Shown: positions 11,469 to 21,685, counted from the first letter of the whole stretch. The stretch: 61,599 nt of DNA, filler included, from Nitrospirae bacterium CG2_30_53_67 (GCA_001873285.1; 6 parts of 6 records of this genome joined end to end with filler, not necessarily neighbours in it), one strand, 5' to 3'. Notes: a model not told the origin generated them from the letters alone. Numbers and translations: made by a program.

Positions 11469-12650
11469 ATGGCTGAGAACCGAGAGGTGAAGATACAATC
11501 CGAGATCGGTAAGCTTCTGCTTCGTGAATCCAGGGACAGAGAGAAATTTATTCAAAAGGTGGAAAATCTTGCCGCCCGGTTGGGTGATGATCTTTATCCT
11601 TCCCTGTTCTTTACCACAGCCCACCTCGAGTTTGAGAAAAAGGCGGCAAAGAGACACTGGAAGGAGGTTATGCGCCACTGGGAAAGGATGAGTCTGAATG
11701 TAAAACGAGAGATGGATTTCCGCGTAGCCCTCCTCGATTATTTCATAGACATCAACAAGAGGATCAGGAATCCGAAGATCATCGAGATCAAGATATTTCA
11801 GAAAACTCAACAGGAGACCCTTGTCGACGAGCTGACCCAGCTTTACAATTACCGCTATTTTATCAAGTCTATGGACCAGGAGATCGTGAGGGCGAGACGC
11901 TATCATTCGCCGCTGACTCTGGTGATGTTTGATGTGGATGATTTCAAACATTATAATGATGCCAACGGCCACCTTTCAGGAAACAAATCCTTGAGAAGGC
12001 TTGCCCAGATCATCAGGAATAGTGTCAGAAACGTGGATGTCGTGGCCCGATACGGAGGGGAGGAGTTCGCCCTGATCCTGCCGGAGACCAACAAGGAAGG
12101 GGGGCTGGTCATCGCCGACCGTATCCGTGAAAAGGTCGAACGGAGCGCTTTTTTGAAAGGGGAAAAACAGCCGCTTAAGAAATTTACCATCAGCGGAGGG
12201 ATCGCCACCTTGAATGTGGATGCGGGAAGAGCGTCGGAGCTGATCAAGAAGGCCGATCAGGCCCTCTACCGCGCCAAGGCAAGGGGAAAAAACCAGGTCG
12301 CGTTTTATATTGATGAAAAGAGAGATTACGAGCGGGTATTGGTTGCCCTCTCCGGCCGGCTCACCGTAGCCTCGGATTCCGGTGATATCTTTCAGGTCAT
12401 CAACATCAGCGAAGGAGGCCTCCTCTTCCATTTTCAGAAGGCCCTTGCTGTGGGATCGATTCTCCATCTCTTCCTGAATCTGCCGGAACGAAAGAGGCCC
12501 ATCAATTGTAAGGCCAAGGTCAGGCGTGTGGAAGAAGTGAAAAAGAATAAGACATACGAGATCGGCGTAAGCATCACCCAGATCCGGGAACCTGATAAGA
12601 AAGCCCTGAGACGCCTGATCCATATTTTCAAGGAGAAAAAAGCGGAATAA
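11469..12650 (+). CDS. Diguanylate cyclase with C-terminal PilZ domain
   Basis: DELTQLYN, RNVD..ARYGGEEF (RxxD I-site + GGEEF), KADQALY; PilZ motifs RDYER and NISEGG. Confidence 0.9.
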   Translation: MAENREVKIQSEIGKLLLRESRDREKFIQKVENLAARLGDDLYPSLFFTTAHLEFEKKAAKRHWKEVMRHWERMSLNVKREMDFRVALLDYFIDINKRIRNPKIIEIKIFQKTQQETLVDELTQLYNYRYFIKSMDQEIVRARRYHSPLTLVMFDVDDFKHYNDANGHLSGNKSLRRLAQIIRNSVRNVDVVARYGGEEFALILPETNKEGGLVIADRIREKVERSAFLKGEKQPLKKFTISGGIATLNVDAGRASELIKKADQALYRAKARGKNQVAFYIDEKRDYERVLVALSGRLTVASDSGDIFQVINISEGGLLFHFQKALAVGSILHLFLNLPERKRPINCKAKVRRVEEVKKNKTYEIGVSITQIREPDKKALRRLIHIFKEKKAE

Positions 12651-12653
12651 TAA

Positions 12654-13445
12654 TCACTGACTCTTTTCCAGGCTCTTTGCTTCCTCCCAGAGACGGTCCA
12701 TCTCTTGAAGAGAAAGCGTATGGAGTTTCAACTCGTTCCGGACGGCGTACTCTTCGATATACTGGAACCGGGAGATGAAACGCTGTGTGGACTTTCTCAG
12801 GGCGTCTTCCGAACTGACCCGGATGAACCGGGAGAGATTCACGAGAGCGAAGAGGATATCTCCGAGTTCGTGTTCGATCTCCGATGGATCGTTTTTCTTT
12901 AAGGCATGTTTCAGCTCTTGAAACTCTTCCTCCACCTTATTGAGGACCTCGGAGGTTTCTTTCCAGTCAAATCCGACGCGGGCGGCCCGGTCCTGAAGGC
13001 GGCCCGCCCTGATCAGGGCGGGAAGGGCCTGCGGGATCCCATCGAGGATAGACCGCCGCTCCTTGCCTTTCTTCTCCTCCCGCTTGATCTGTTCCCAGCG
13101 GTGGAGCACCTCTTCGGCGTTCTCCGCCTTTTCATCCCCGAATACGTGCGGGTGCCTTCTTAAAAGCTTTTCGTTGATCCCCTGAACCACATCCTCAAAG
13201 GAAAAGGCCTGTTCTTCCCTTCCGATCTGGGAAAGAAAGACGATCTGGAGGAGCAGGTCCCCCAACTCTTCTCTGACCCGATCCTTGTCTCCGCTTTCGA
13301 TCGCCTCCAGCACCTCGTAGGTCTCCTCGATCAGAAAGGGTTTGAGTGATTCCATGGTCTGCTTCCTGTCCCAGGGGCAGCCCTTGTCGGAGCGAAGCTG
13401 GTCCATGATGGATAGAAGCTTGTTCATTCCGGTCTGATGGTACAT
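12654..13445 (-). CDS. mazG: Nucleoside triphosphate pyrophosphohydrolase MazG (start uncertain)
   Basis: GCPWDRKQT, EETYEV, EELGDLL, RRHPHVF, GFDW, second ELGD. Confidence 0.96.
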   Translation of the reverse strand: MYHQTGMNKLLSIMDQLRSDKGCPWDRKQTMESLKPFLIEETYEVLEAIESGDKDRVREELGDLLLQIVFLSQIGREEQAFSFEDVVQGINEKLLRRHPHVFGDEKAENAEEVLHRWEQIKREEKKGKERRSILDGIPQALPALIRAGRLQDRAARVGFDWKETSEVLNKVEEEFQELKHALKKNDPSEIEHELGDILFALVNLSRFIRVSSEDALRKSTQRFISRFQYIEEYAVRNELKLHTLSLQEMDRLWEEAKSLEKSQ

Positions 13446-13537
13446 AAAATGAATCATAGAACTTTCATCAGATGGAGTCAATAAACGAATTTTTATTGTT
13501 CCTGAAATAAAAAAATGTTATTAAAGCATCTTCATGC

Positions 13538-13566
13538 TTGACAATTTTTTCATAACCCTGTATTTT
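13538..13566 (+). promoter_or_regulatory. Putative sigma-70 promoter
   Basis: TTGACA-N17-TATTTT in AT-rich divergent intergenic region. Confidence 0.45.
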
Positions 13567-13661
13567 AGAGCCGAAATGTAACGCTTATCAACGTAAGAAG
13601 AAGGTTTATTTTACATGAGCAAGATCTGAAAAGGAAAATGGTCATGGCCTCGTATACATGG

Positions 13662-15158
13662 ATGAAAAGGTTTTTTTCTCTGTTTTTTGCCTTATGGCTT
13701 CCGATGCTGCTCCTGTCGTGCGGCGGGGGCGGGGGCGGCGGCGGGACAGTCAACAATCCATCGGCCACGCTTCAGACCAATACGGTCCAGGCCGGAAGCG
13801 TGGCGGTACTCCTGACGGACAACCCCACGGACGAGTTCTCTGAAATCAACATTACCGTCACCGGGGTTGAGCTTCTCTCGGATGAGGCCAAGGTCATGCT
13901 TTTTTCCGGAGAAAAGACCTTTGATCTGCTCAAACTGCAGAATGAATCGAGCCTCTTCTCGGTCAGCAGCGATGTTCCGCCGGCCTGGTACAACAAGATC
14001 CGTCTTCATGTGAGCAAAATGGAACTGGTCAGAAGAGATATGGACGGCAACATCATCGAGGTGATCGAGCCCAAACTGACCGGGAACGGAAAGCTCGACC
14101 TGAACCCGAGGGGGCCTTTTCTGGTCGAACCCGGCGGGACCCTGATCCTGCAGATCGACATAGATGCCCAGAAATCCATCCATATCACTGATGCCGGTGA
14201 AAGCAGCCAATATGTCTTCCGCCCGGTGGTCTTCGTCGATATCATCGGCGGGCAATATACCGGAAAGCTCGTGAGGGTGGAAGGGCTGGTCAAAGAACTC
14301 AACCCGGAAAACCGGACCTTTGACCTCTGCCCGTCCGACACAAGCTTCCGGGCCGAGTCCGTACCGCAGAACAAGGATTACGATGGGAATCCGGAACAGT
14401 TGACAGAGGGCTGCGTGGCCGTCCACGTTTCTGATACGACGTCCCTCTTTGACGCAGAGGGAGATCCCGCTCCCGTCATAGACATCAAGAATGGGGACTT
14501 TGTCTCGGCTATCGGCCATTTTCAAGCCTTGGAGGATGACCCTGGAGAAGATCATCACATGCTGGACCTGGACGCCGAGGTGATCGAGATCGGCCCATTT
14601 TTCAGCCTGGCAGGGACCATCCACTCGTCACCCGATGTTACGGAGACCTTTGAATTTGACATCAGTCCTGAACAGGGCTTCCTTCTGAACGGGCCGGTGA
14701 AGGCCCTGCTTCAGAACGGCACAAAGATCTTTTCCGATTCAGGCATCGAACTTTCGGCATCGGATATCAGGCAGGGCATGTCCGCAAAGATAGACGGCAT
14801 CCTGGTGCTCTCGGACACGGAACCCGACCTGCTCAAGGCCGCTTTGATCATCCTGAACACAACCGAGGCGCCTCCGCTCACAGAGATACAGGGAACAGCC
14901 TCGAACGTGGACTACGAAAACCGGGGCTTTGACCTCATCACGTCGACCCAGACGGTCTGCGTCAAGGTTCCCATGGACACATTGATTTTTCTGATTCCTT
15001 CAGATGACGAAATTCAGGCCTCCTCCGAAGGAAATGTCGAATTTGAATACCTGAAGGATGAAGACAAAGTCAAGGTCTCCGGCGTCTTCGATGCCACGGA
15101 GTGCCTGGTGGCCCAGACCATCTGGATCCAGACCAACTCACCCATTGTCATAGATTAG
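13662..15158 (+). CDS. Lipoprotein with DUF4382 domain and DUF5666-like OB repeats
   Basis: Lipobox LLLSC followed by Gly linker; VLLTDNP...FDLLKL...IDIDAQKSI...FRPV (DUF4382-like); repeated 'VEG.V...F.L' beta units. Confidence 0.75.
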   Translation: MKRFFSLFFALWLPMLLLSCGGGGGGGGTVNNPSATLQTNTVQAGSVAVLLTDNPTDEFSEINITVTGVELLSDEAKVMLFSGEKTFDLLKLQNESSLFSVSSDVPPAWYNKIRLHVSKMELVRRDMDGNIIEVIEPKLTGNGKLDLNPRGPFLVEPGGTLILQIDIDAQKSIHITDAGESSQYVFRPVVFVDIIGGQYTGKLVRVEGLVKELNPENRTFDLCPSDTSFRAESVPQNKDYDGNPEQLTEGCVAVHVSDTTSLFDAEGDPAPVIDIKNGDFVSAIGHFQALEDDPGEDHHMLDLDAEVIEIGPFFSLAGTIHSSPDVTETFEFDISPEQGFLLNGPVKALLQNGTKIFSDSGIELSASDIRQGMSAKIDGILVLSDTEPDLLKAALIILNTTEAPPLTEIQGTASNVDYENRGFDLITSTQTVCVKVPMDTLIFLIPSDDEIQASSEGNVEFEYLKDEDKVKVSGVFDATECLVAQTIWIQTNSPIVID

Positions 15159-15394
15159 ATCTACTCATCTTCGCTTTTTTTTGGTTTTTGGGGGACACCC
15201 ATTAACGCTCAGGATGATTTTGAAAGGCGGTGACGAGTATACTTACCCCGTAACCGCTGCGAACCATATCAGGACATCCCTTACCGTGGGAAAGAAGAGA
15301 AACAGATGGAAGCTCGTGTCCTTCGGCAGTCCTCATAGTCCGTTTCAAGCAAAATAGAGAAAGCGCCCATCTTACCTGACTGAACACGTAACAA

Positions 15395-15463
15395 GTGAAG
15401 GCCAGAGGGTCAAAAGTGAAGGCCAGAGTGAAGGCCAGAGGGTCAAATCTTTTATATTGACAA
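15395..15463 (+). repeat. Short direct repeat cluster / REP-like end
   Basis: GTGAAGGCCAGAG three times, two followed by GGTCAAA, ending GGGTCAAATCTTTTATATTGACA. Confidence 0.55.
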
Positions 15464-15802
15464 GTCATGAAGCGTTTATCAACACTATGTCAACATTAAA
15501 GACTCTCAGAAACACTCAGAAACTCATGTAAAGAAAATATATGGATAAGAAAATGCATGCGCTGATTCTGAGTACAGAGTAAAGGCAATGACAGGAGTTG
15601 ATCCGACTATTCATAGTTTCGATGTCGAAGCGATACAAGAAGGTGATCATTCAATAGAAAAATTGACCACTATGGGACTGGCTTGGATAAACAAGGCGAA
15701 CCCATGAATAAAAAACTGGATGGATTGTGCCCGAATTTAGTATGCATGTCTTTGGGAACGTTTTTACTTTAGAACCGTCCCAAGCAAGGTCCTCAAAATC
15801 CC

Positions 15803-16126
15803 TTATGCTGCCTTCATCTCGATACCCTTGGTTCTGATTTCATAGATCAAAGGAATCCAAGTGTCATTGTTGTAAGACTCAAGAGAGATGGGTACGGGCT
15901 CAATCCTGGGATCAATTTGGCTGGCAATTTCAAAAAGCTTGGCACTCCCGGCATAGCCTTTCTTCCCGAAATCAGGTGATACGACGGCAACATCAATATC
16001 ACTGTACTCATGAGCCCGTCCTGAAACCCTCGATCCGTAAATAATCACCTTGGAGACCTTAATCTTGTGTCTCTTCAGTTCCGTGACAAAGGCCTTTACT
16101 ATTCTGACAATTTCTTTTTCAACCAT
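15803..16126 (-). CDS. Minimal nucleotidyltransferase (MNT antitoxin)
   Basis: IYGSRVSG...SDIDVAVVS Pol-beta NTase motif. Confidence 0.9.
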   Translation of the reverse strand: MVEKEIVRIVKAFVTELKRHKIKVSKVIIYGSRVSGRAHEYSDIDVAVVSPDFGKKGYAGSAKLFEIASQIDPRIEPVPISLESYNNDTWIPLIYEIRTKGIEMKAA

Positions 16127-16518
16127 TTATAGACCTCTCTGATATCCTGCATTTTTCTGTCGGCAAATTGTTTCGTGCATTTCTCATAAAAGCGCGTTTG
16201 CTGCCTTGGGTATCTTGCTTCGAAATGGAATTCCATGAAGGCCGCGAGTTTTTTCATGATCTTTTGCGGGATCCCGGTATCTATCTGGCCTGCAAGCAGA
16301 GGCAAAGAATGCGTATACGGGGCATGTTTACGTGTGGTTCTGACGACAAGGGCCTTCAGTAATTTTTCAAGTGCCAGATGACCGATAAACAGGGCATATG
16401 GATATTTCTTCTTTTCATAGAGCGCCTTTGCCACATCCAGATCATATTCTGCACCTTCCAACCAGTATTGAACAGTCTTTTCGATATCAAATTTCAGCAA
16501 ATCAGACCTCCCATCCAC
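16099..16518 (-). CDS. HEPN-domain protein (HEPN-MNT module)
   Basis: WLEGAEYDL...ALFIGHLALEKLLKAL...THSL...ARYP; overlaps MNT gene. Confidence 0.9.
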   Translation of the reverse strand: MDGRSDLLKFDIEKTVQYWLEGAEYDLDVAKALYEKKKYPYALFIGHLALEKLLKALVVRTTRKHAPYTHSLPLLAGQIDTGIPQKIMKKLAAFMEFHFEARYPRQQTRFYEKCTKQFADRKMQDIREVYKWLKKKLSE

Positions 16519-16710
16519 AATTGGGCGTCTCTGGTCATTTCATCCATGCAGCCGTATGGCCGTCTTCTGCTCTTTGGGTGATCTTCCGTCTCCGTTATTA
16601 TTATTGTTCCAGTTCTCAACAGTCAAGACAAATCTTCAAATGACTTTTTTCCACAACCCGATGGGCCGGTAGCAAGTGATCAGCCGTCAGCCTCCACTTA
16701 AAAAACGAAT

Positions 16711-16896
16711 CTATTTGATCCATACGGTCTGGATGTTCACAAACTCCTTGATGCCGTAGTGGGAAAGCTCGCGGCCGTATCCCGAGTCCTTGATCCCGCC
16801 GAAGGGGAGCCGAGGGTCGCTCGCCACCATACCGTTGACGAAAACCGCCCCGGCTTCGATGCGGCGGGCCGGCGCCTCACCTTTTTCTTTGTCCCG
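16711..16896 (-). pseudogene. C-terminal remnant of an NAD(P)-dependent aldehyde (succinate-semialdehyde-like) dehydrogenase
   Basis: [45 protein letters not shown] is the ALDH C-terminus; rest of gene absent. Confidence 0.85.
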
Positions 16897-17136
16897 GATT
16901 CTTATGGTTTCGCAAGCGATTCTCCGTCCGATCCATGGCTTGAGAATCACGGGATGAAGTTGATTTCAGGAACCCTATCGCTTGAATCCAGACGCAGCCT
17001 GGAGAAGATGAGGATGTGCTTTCAGGTTTCGGCAGTTAAAAAAATCGGTTTTTACCCATGAAATTTCTTGAAATTGTTGAAAAAATAAATTAGACTGTGA
17101 CTGGATTGTTGAGCCATATGGCATGAGGAGAATTCT

Positions 17137-17400
17137 ATGAAGATTACAGATCATAATAAAGCCAAACGGCTTGCCCGCACGATCCTCTCGGATATCGCTC
17201 TTTACAACAAGTCCAAGATTGAAAAAGGGATCAAAAACGACAATCTTTTCGATCTGCTGAAGGAGGATCTGGATAAGGGTCTTGAACTTTACCGGAGCCG
17301 CGTGGCGCCCGAGATTACGGATCATACCAACTATTACAATCATGCCGTGGTGGATATTCTGGTCAGGAAGGGAGGGAATATAGAGTCTGATATCTGGTAG
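17137..17400 (+). CDS. Small conserved-looking hypothetical protein
   Basis: 87 aa, GAGGAG RBS; AKRLARTILSDIALYN...GLELYRSRV helical motif; directly upstream of EF-G paralog. Confidence 0.8.
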   Translation: MKITDHNKAKRLARTILSDIALYNKSKIEKGIKNDNLFDLLKEDLDKGLELYRSRVAPEITDHTNYYNHAVVDILVRKGGNIESDIW

Positions 17401-17477
17401 TCCCTGCCTGCGCCACCGCGGGGGAGCGGTGTCTGGTTTTAAAGTCCGTTTGCAATTTTTTGGCTGAGAGGTGATCT

Positions 17478-19583
17478 ATGGCAAAGCTGGATCCGTCTTC
17501 TGTCCGCAATCTGGGTATGATAGGGCATGGGGGGGTAGGTAAGACCTCGCTTGGTGAGGCCATGCTCTTCAATACGAAAGTCACCACCCGTTTGAACCGT
17601 GTTGACGATCACAATTCCATTCTTGACTTTCTTCCCGAAGAGATCGATAGAAAAAGCACCATTTCTTCATCCATGGCCATGGTCCCATGGAACGGGACCG
17701 ACCTCTATTTCATGGATACGCCGGGCTATACCAACTTTCTGGCCGACACCAAGGGTGTGCTCAAGGCCATGGACTCGGCCCTCGTTCTTCTGAGCGCGGT
17801 TTCCGGGGTCAAGGTGGAAACCGAGAAGGTCTGGAGTTATGCCATGGAGTATGGAATCCCGAAGATGGTTTTCATCAACAAGATGGACAGGGACCGGGCC
17901 GACTTTTACAGGGCCTTGGAGAGCATGGAGTCCATTCTGAAGAAGACCCCCCTGGTTATCACACTCCCCATAGGCAAAGAGGCAGGTTTCAAGGGGGTCT
18001 TCAACCTTCTGAGCATGAAGGCCTGTGAATATGCTGAAAACGGCTCCGGGACCTTCAGCACGACCTCCGAGGTTCCGCAGGAGTTGAAGGACCAGGTGGA
18101 GCATTACCGTGAGCAGCTCGTTGAGACTGCGGTGGAGAACGACGATCAACTCCTGGAACGATACCTGGAGGGGGGAGAGATCAAAGACCAGGAACTCCTC
18201 TCCGCCATTTCCAAAGGAACTCTTCATGGCAAATTTGTTCCGGTTTATTGCGGTTCAGCGGTTAAGAATATCGGTGTTCATCAGCTTATGGACGGTCTGG
18301 TCTCCTTTCTCCCGTCCCCAGGGCAAAGCGCCGAGGTGAACCCGATCAAAGGGACCAACTCCAGGTCTTCCGAAGAGGTGACCCGGCGTCCTTCCCCTGA
18401 GGAGCCTTTTTCCGCCCAGGTCTTCAAGACCATTGTGGACCCCTTCACCGGAAAACTTTCACTTTTCAGGGTCTATTCCGGCGTCCTGCATTCTGATTCC
18501 ACGGTTTTAAACGCCAACCGGGACGAGAAGGAACGGGTGGGACACCTTTTTTGCCTGTATGGAAAAGATCAGAAACCCGTGGATGAAATCGGACCTGGAC
18601 AGCTCGGCGCCGTAGCCAAACTCAAGAATACATCCACCGGGGATACTCTTTGTGACGATAAGGCCCCGATCAAACTTTCTCCGCTCATTTTTCCTGAGCC
18701 CATCATTTCCTATGCCATAGAACCCAAGTCCAAAGGGGATGAAGACAAACTGAGCAATGCCCTCCATCGGATCAGTGAGGAGGAACCGACCCTGAGGGTC
18801 CATCGTCATGAGGAGACCATGGAGTTGATCGCCTCGGTCATGGGCGAGGTGCATATGGAGGTCATCCTTTCCGCCCTGAAACGAAAGTTCGGTGTGGAGG
18901 TGACCCTCAAGGCGCCCAGGATCCCTTACAAGGAGACGATCCGGAAAAAAGTGGAGGTCCAGGGCAAGTACAAGAAACAATCCGGGGGACGGGGCCAGTA
19001 CGGGGATGTCTGGATCCGTTTTAAACCTCTTCCGAGGGGGGGAGGCTTCCAGTTCCAGGATGAGATTGTGGGAGGGGTGGTGCCCAGGCAATATATCCCT
19101 GCCGTGGAAAAAGGGCTGCTGGATGCGATCAAGAGCGGTCCCCTGGCCGGGTCTCCGATTGTGGATGTCCAGGCCGCCCTTTACTATGGATCCTACCATG
19201 ACGTGGATTCCTCTGAAATGGCCTTCAAGATTGCAGCCTCCATGGCCCTGAAAAAGGCCTGGGCCGAGGCCGATCCGGTTCTTCTGGAACCGATCATGAA
19301 ACTTCAGGTCATCGTGCCGGATGAGTTTATCGGAGGCGTCATCAGCGATCTGAATTCCAAGCGGGGCAAGGTCCTCGGGTTTGAAACCAGAGGAGTGACT
19401 CAGGTGGTAACCGCTTTGATCCCCATGGCTGAAACCCTCCAGTATTCTGCCTCATTGCGGTCTATCACTGGTGGAAGAGGTTATTTCGAAATGGGTTTTG
19501 ACCATTATGAAGAACTCCCCGCACACCTGTCAGAGAAGGTGATCGAGGCAGAGAGAAAGGTAAAGGAGAAGGTACAGGAGTAA
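17478..19583 (+). CDS. fusA: Elongation factor G paralog (EF-G II / FusA2)
   Basis: GHGGVGKT, DTPGY, NKMD, KKQSGGRGQYG, GSYHDVDSSEMAF; not in str operon. Confidence 0.93.
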   Translation: MAKLDPSSVRNLGMIGHGGVGKTSLGEAMLFNTKVTTRLNRVDDHNSILDFLPEEIDRKSTISSSMAMVPWNGTDLYFMDTPGYTNFLADTKGVLKAMDSALVLLSAVSGVKVETEKVWSYAMEYGIPKMVFINKMDRDRADFYRALESMESILKKTPLVITLPIGKEAGFKGVFNLLSMKACEYAENGSGTFSTTSEVPQELKDQVEHYREQLVETAVENDDQLLERYLEGGEIKDQELLSAISKGTLHGKFVPVYCGSAVKNIGVHQLMDGLVSFLPSPGQSAEVNPIKGTNSRSSEEVTRRPSPEEPFSAQVFKTIVDPFTGKLSLFRVYSGVLHSDSTVLNANRDEKERVGHLFCLYGKDQKPVDEIGPGQLGAVAKLKNTSTGDTLCDDKAPIKLSPLIFPEPIISYAIEPKSKGDEDKLSNALHRISEEEPTLRVHRHEETMELIASVMGEVHMEVILSALKRKFGVEVTLKAPRIPYKETIRKKVEVQGKYKKQSGGRGQYGDVWIRFKPLPRGGGFQFQDEIVGGVVPRQYIPAVEKGLLDAIKSGPLAGSPIVDVQAALYYGSYHDVDSSEMAFKIAASMALKKAWAEADPVLLEPIMKLQVIVPDEFIGGVISDLNSKRGKVLGFETRGVTQVVTALIPMAETLQYSASLRSITGGRGYFEMGFDHYEELPAHLSEKVIEAERKVKEKVQE

Positions 19584-19748
19584 GGTATCCCGTTTACGTG
19601 ATAGGGGAGGCCCCCTTTTCAGGGCATGAGCAAAAATCTCTAAGTATTGAATAAAACGAAAAAACTTGACTTTCTGCAGGAGGATATAGTATTTTTAAAT
19701 AAAGGCTTTATGGTTTCTTCCGTGCGGAATGATCGGGGAGGAAAATGA

Positions 19749-20069
19749 ATGACCAAGGCAGACATTGTAGAGGAAGTCTATAGCAGAGTCGGATTTTCCA
19801 AGAAAGAATCTGCGGAAGTTGTTGAAACCGTTATGGAAACGATAAAAAAGACATTAGAAGGCGGCAAAACGGTTAAAATAGCCGGCTTCGGAAACTTTGT
19901 GATCCGCAGCAAGGGATCCAGAAAAGGGCGGAATCCCAAGACCGGCCAGGAAATAGAGATTACACCGCGGCGTGTGGTGACGTTCAAACCCAGCCAAGTC
20001 CTGAAAGAGCATATCTTAAACTATAAACCCTCCGGTGGTGAGTCGGCTGAGGGGGGTGAACCTGCTTAG
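19749..20069 (+). CDS. ihfA: Integration host factor alpha subunit
   Basis: MTKADIVE, VKIAGFGNF, GRNPKTG, RRVVTFKPS; followed by MerR gene as in the conserved ihfA-merR pair. Confidence 0.9.
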   Translation: MTKADIVEEVYSRVGFSKKESAEVVETVMETIKKTLEGGKTVKIAGFGNFVIRSKGSRKGRNPKTGQEIEITPRRVVTFKPSQVLKEHILNYKPSGGESAEGGEPA

Positions 20070-20097
20070 TGGCCCTATTCGTAAATACGGTGACGTA
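20069..20097 (+). mobile_element. Solo terminal fragment of the 162-bp MITE
   Basis: TTA + GTGGCCCTATTCGTAAATACGGTGACGTA matches MITE terminal repeat. Confidence 0.75.
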
Positions 20098-20132
20098 TTT
20101 TTCTATTGATGATGAATTCTTTTTTTTAAACC

Positions 20133-20471
20133 ATGCAAAAAATACCGAACAAATTCTTCTTTCGAATCGGCGAGGTCAGCAAGCTGACCGGCGTTGAACC
20201 GCATGTCCTCCGCTATTGGGAGACCGAGTTCAAGAGCCTGCACCCGAAAAAGAATAAGGCCGGCCAGCGGGTCTATAAGAAAAAGGACGTCATGCTGATC
20301 CTGAGCATCAAGGAGCTCCTCTATCAGCAGAAATATACCATCGCCGGCGCCAAGAAAAGGATCGAATCGGAGCAGGATCTTAACGTCCTCTCCGTATCCA
20401 ACCCCGGTCTCAAAGACACCCTCCATGAAGTGAAGGAAGAGCTGAAGGAAGTCCTCAAGGTTCTTTCATAA
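20133..20471 (+). CDS. MerR-family transcriptional regulator
   Basis: FFRIGEVSKLTGVEPHVLRYWETEF...YTIAGAKK. Confidence 0.93.
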   Translation: MQKIPNKFFFRIGEVSKLTGVEPHVLRYWETEFKSLHPKKNKAGQRVYKKKDVMLILSIKELLYQQKYTIAGAKKRIESEQDLNVLSVSNPGLKDTLHEVKEELKEVLKVLS

Positions 20472-20497
20472 TGGCGTTTGACATCTCTATCTCTTCG

Positions 20498-21682
20498 TTA
20501 CGGCAGGTCACCGGTATTCATCTCCGCGCCTGGATCAGGATCTTGATCTTTTCTTAAAAGGATATAGAGCTTCCCTCCGGATTTGAGATGCCCTGCCGTG
20601 GCCGCGGCAGAATCGCCCTCTCCGAGAAAGATGTCAACCCTCTGATGCCCCCGAATGGCTCCACCTGTATCCTGGCTCACGGCAAATCCCCCCCGCTCTT
20701 GCCATCCATTGATTTCTCCTAACTGGTTGAAGAGGGGAAAACGGGCGCTGTAATAACAGAGGCTTCCCGTGGGGATGACGGCCGGGTCCGTGGCCAGGGA
20801 GCGGTAAGGTGTAAGAACCATGTCTCCGGCCCCCTGCGGCCCGGCCTCGGTGGTTTTGAAAAAGATATACCGTTCATTGCGGTTCATGATCTCTTCCTGC
20901 TCTCCGGGGTGCAGGCGAAGATATTTTTTAATCGTCGGGAGAGTGACTTCATGGGTTTCGAGCCTCCCCTGGTTGATGAGGACCTTGCCCAGGGATGTAT
21001 AGGACCGCCCGTTGCTTCCGTCGTATCGCACCCGGACCGTGCTTCCGTCAGGAAGGCGGATGATCCCGGACCCTTGAACATGGAGAAAAAAACGCTCAAC
21101 CGGATCATCGAGGTAGAGGAGTTCCAGACCTCGGCCGGATAATGTCCCCTGGGTGTCGATCTCCTTCCGGGTAAAATGACCCTGCTTCGCCGAGGAAAAG
21201 GGGATGAACCCAAGGCAGGAAGGACTGTTTTTTGTGATGAGGTCATCGGGCCTGCGGTAGAGAGGGTAGCGAAAGCGTTCAGTCGGTTTCAAGCTTCCCT
21301 GAAGCAGAGGGGAATAATATCCTGTGAATAAGATGGGGCCGGGGACCTCATACAGATCAAATGCCTGTCTAATTCGGCCGTTCAGTTCGGATGCGTCTTT
21401 GGCATCCGAGAGGATTTGGAGAAAAGAGGAGAGGGCCTCTTGGAGGTCCCTTGCGGTGCAGGATCGATTCCCGATCATGACCTGATCTTGAGGTTTTAGC
21501 CGGGACACGGCCTCAAGGGAATTTTGCACGGCGCTTTTTATGGACTCGAGGTGTCCGGTATCTTCCATGAGCGGATAGGCATCCGTTCTTGCGAACGGGA
21601 TCCCGGAGGTTTTTGGGGGATGCAGAGGAATGCAGCCCTGGAGAATCATCAGAAAAAGAATAAAAAGGCACCGGCGCTTCAT
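20498..21682 (-). CDS. mltA: Membrane-bound lytic transglycosylase A
   Basis: Lipobox ILQGC; FTGYYSP, FFLHVQGSG, SLATDP, QDTGGAIRG..RVDIF.G.G. Confidence 0.93.
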   Translation of the reverse strand: MKRRCLFILFLMILQGCIPLHPPKTSGIPFARTDAYPLMEDTGHLESIKSAVQNSLEAVSRLKPQDQVMIGNRSCTARDLQEALSSFLQILSDAKDASELNGRIRQAFDLYEVPGPILFTGYYSPLLQGSLKPTERFRYPLYRRPDDLITKNSPSCLGFIPFSSAKQGHFTRKEIDTQGTLSGRGLELLYLDDPVERFFLHVQGSGIIRLPDGSTVRVRYDGSNGRSYTSLGKVLINQGRLETHEVTLPTIKKYLRLHPGEQEEIMNRNERYIFFKTTEAGPQGAGDMVLTPYRSLATDPAVIPTGSLCYYSARFPLFNQLGEINGWQERGGFAVSQDTGGAIRGHQRVDIFLGEGDSAAATAGHLKSGGKLYILLRKDQDPDPGAEMNTGDLP

Positions 21683-21685
21683 CCC

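Noticed and set aside
13722..13745. Poly-glycine GGC/GGG run as phase-variable tract
   Set aside because: Mixed Gly codons forming an ordinary post-lipobox linker
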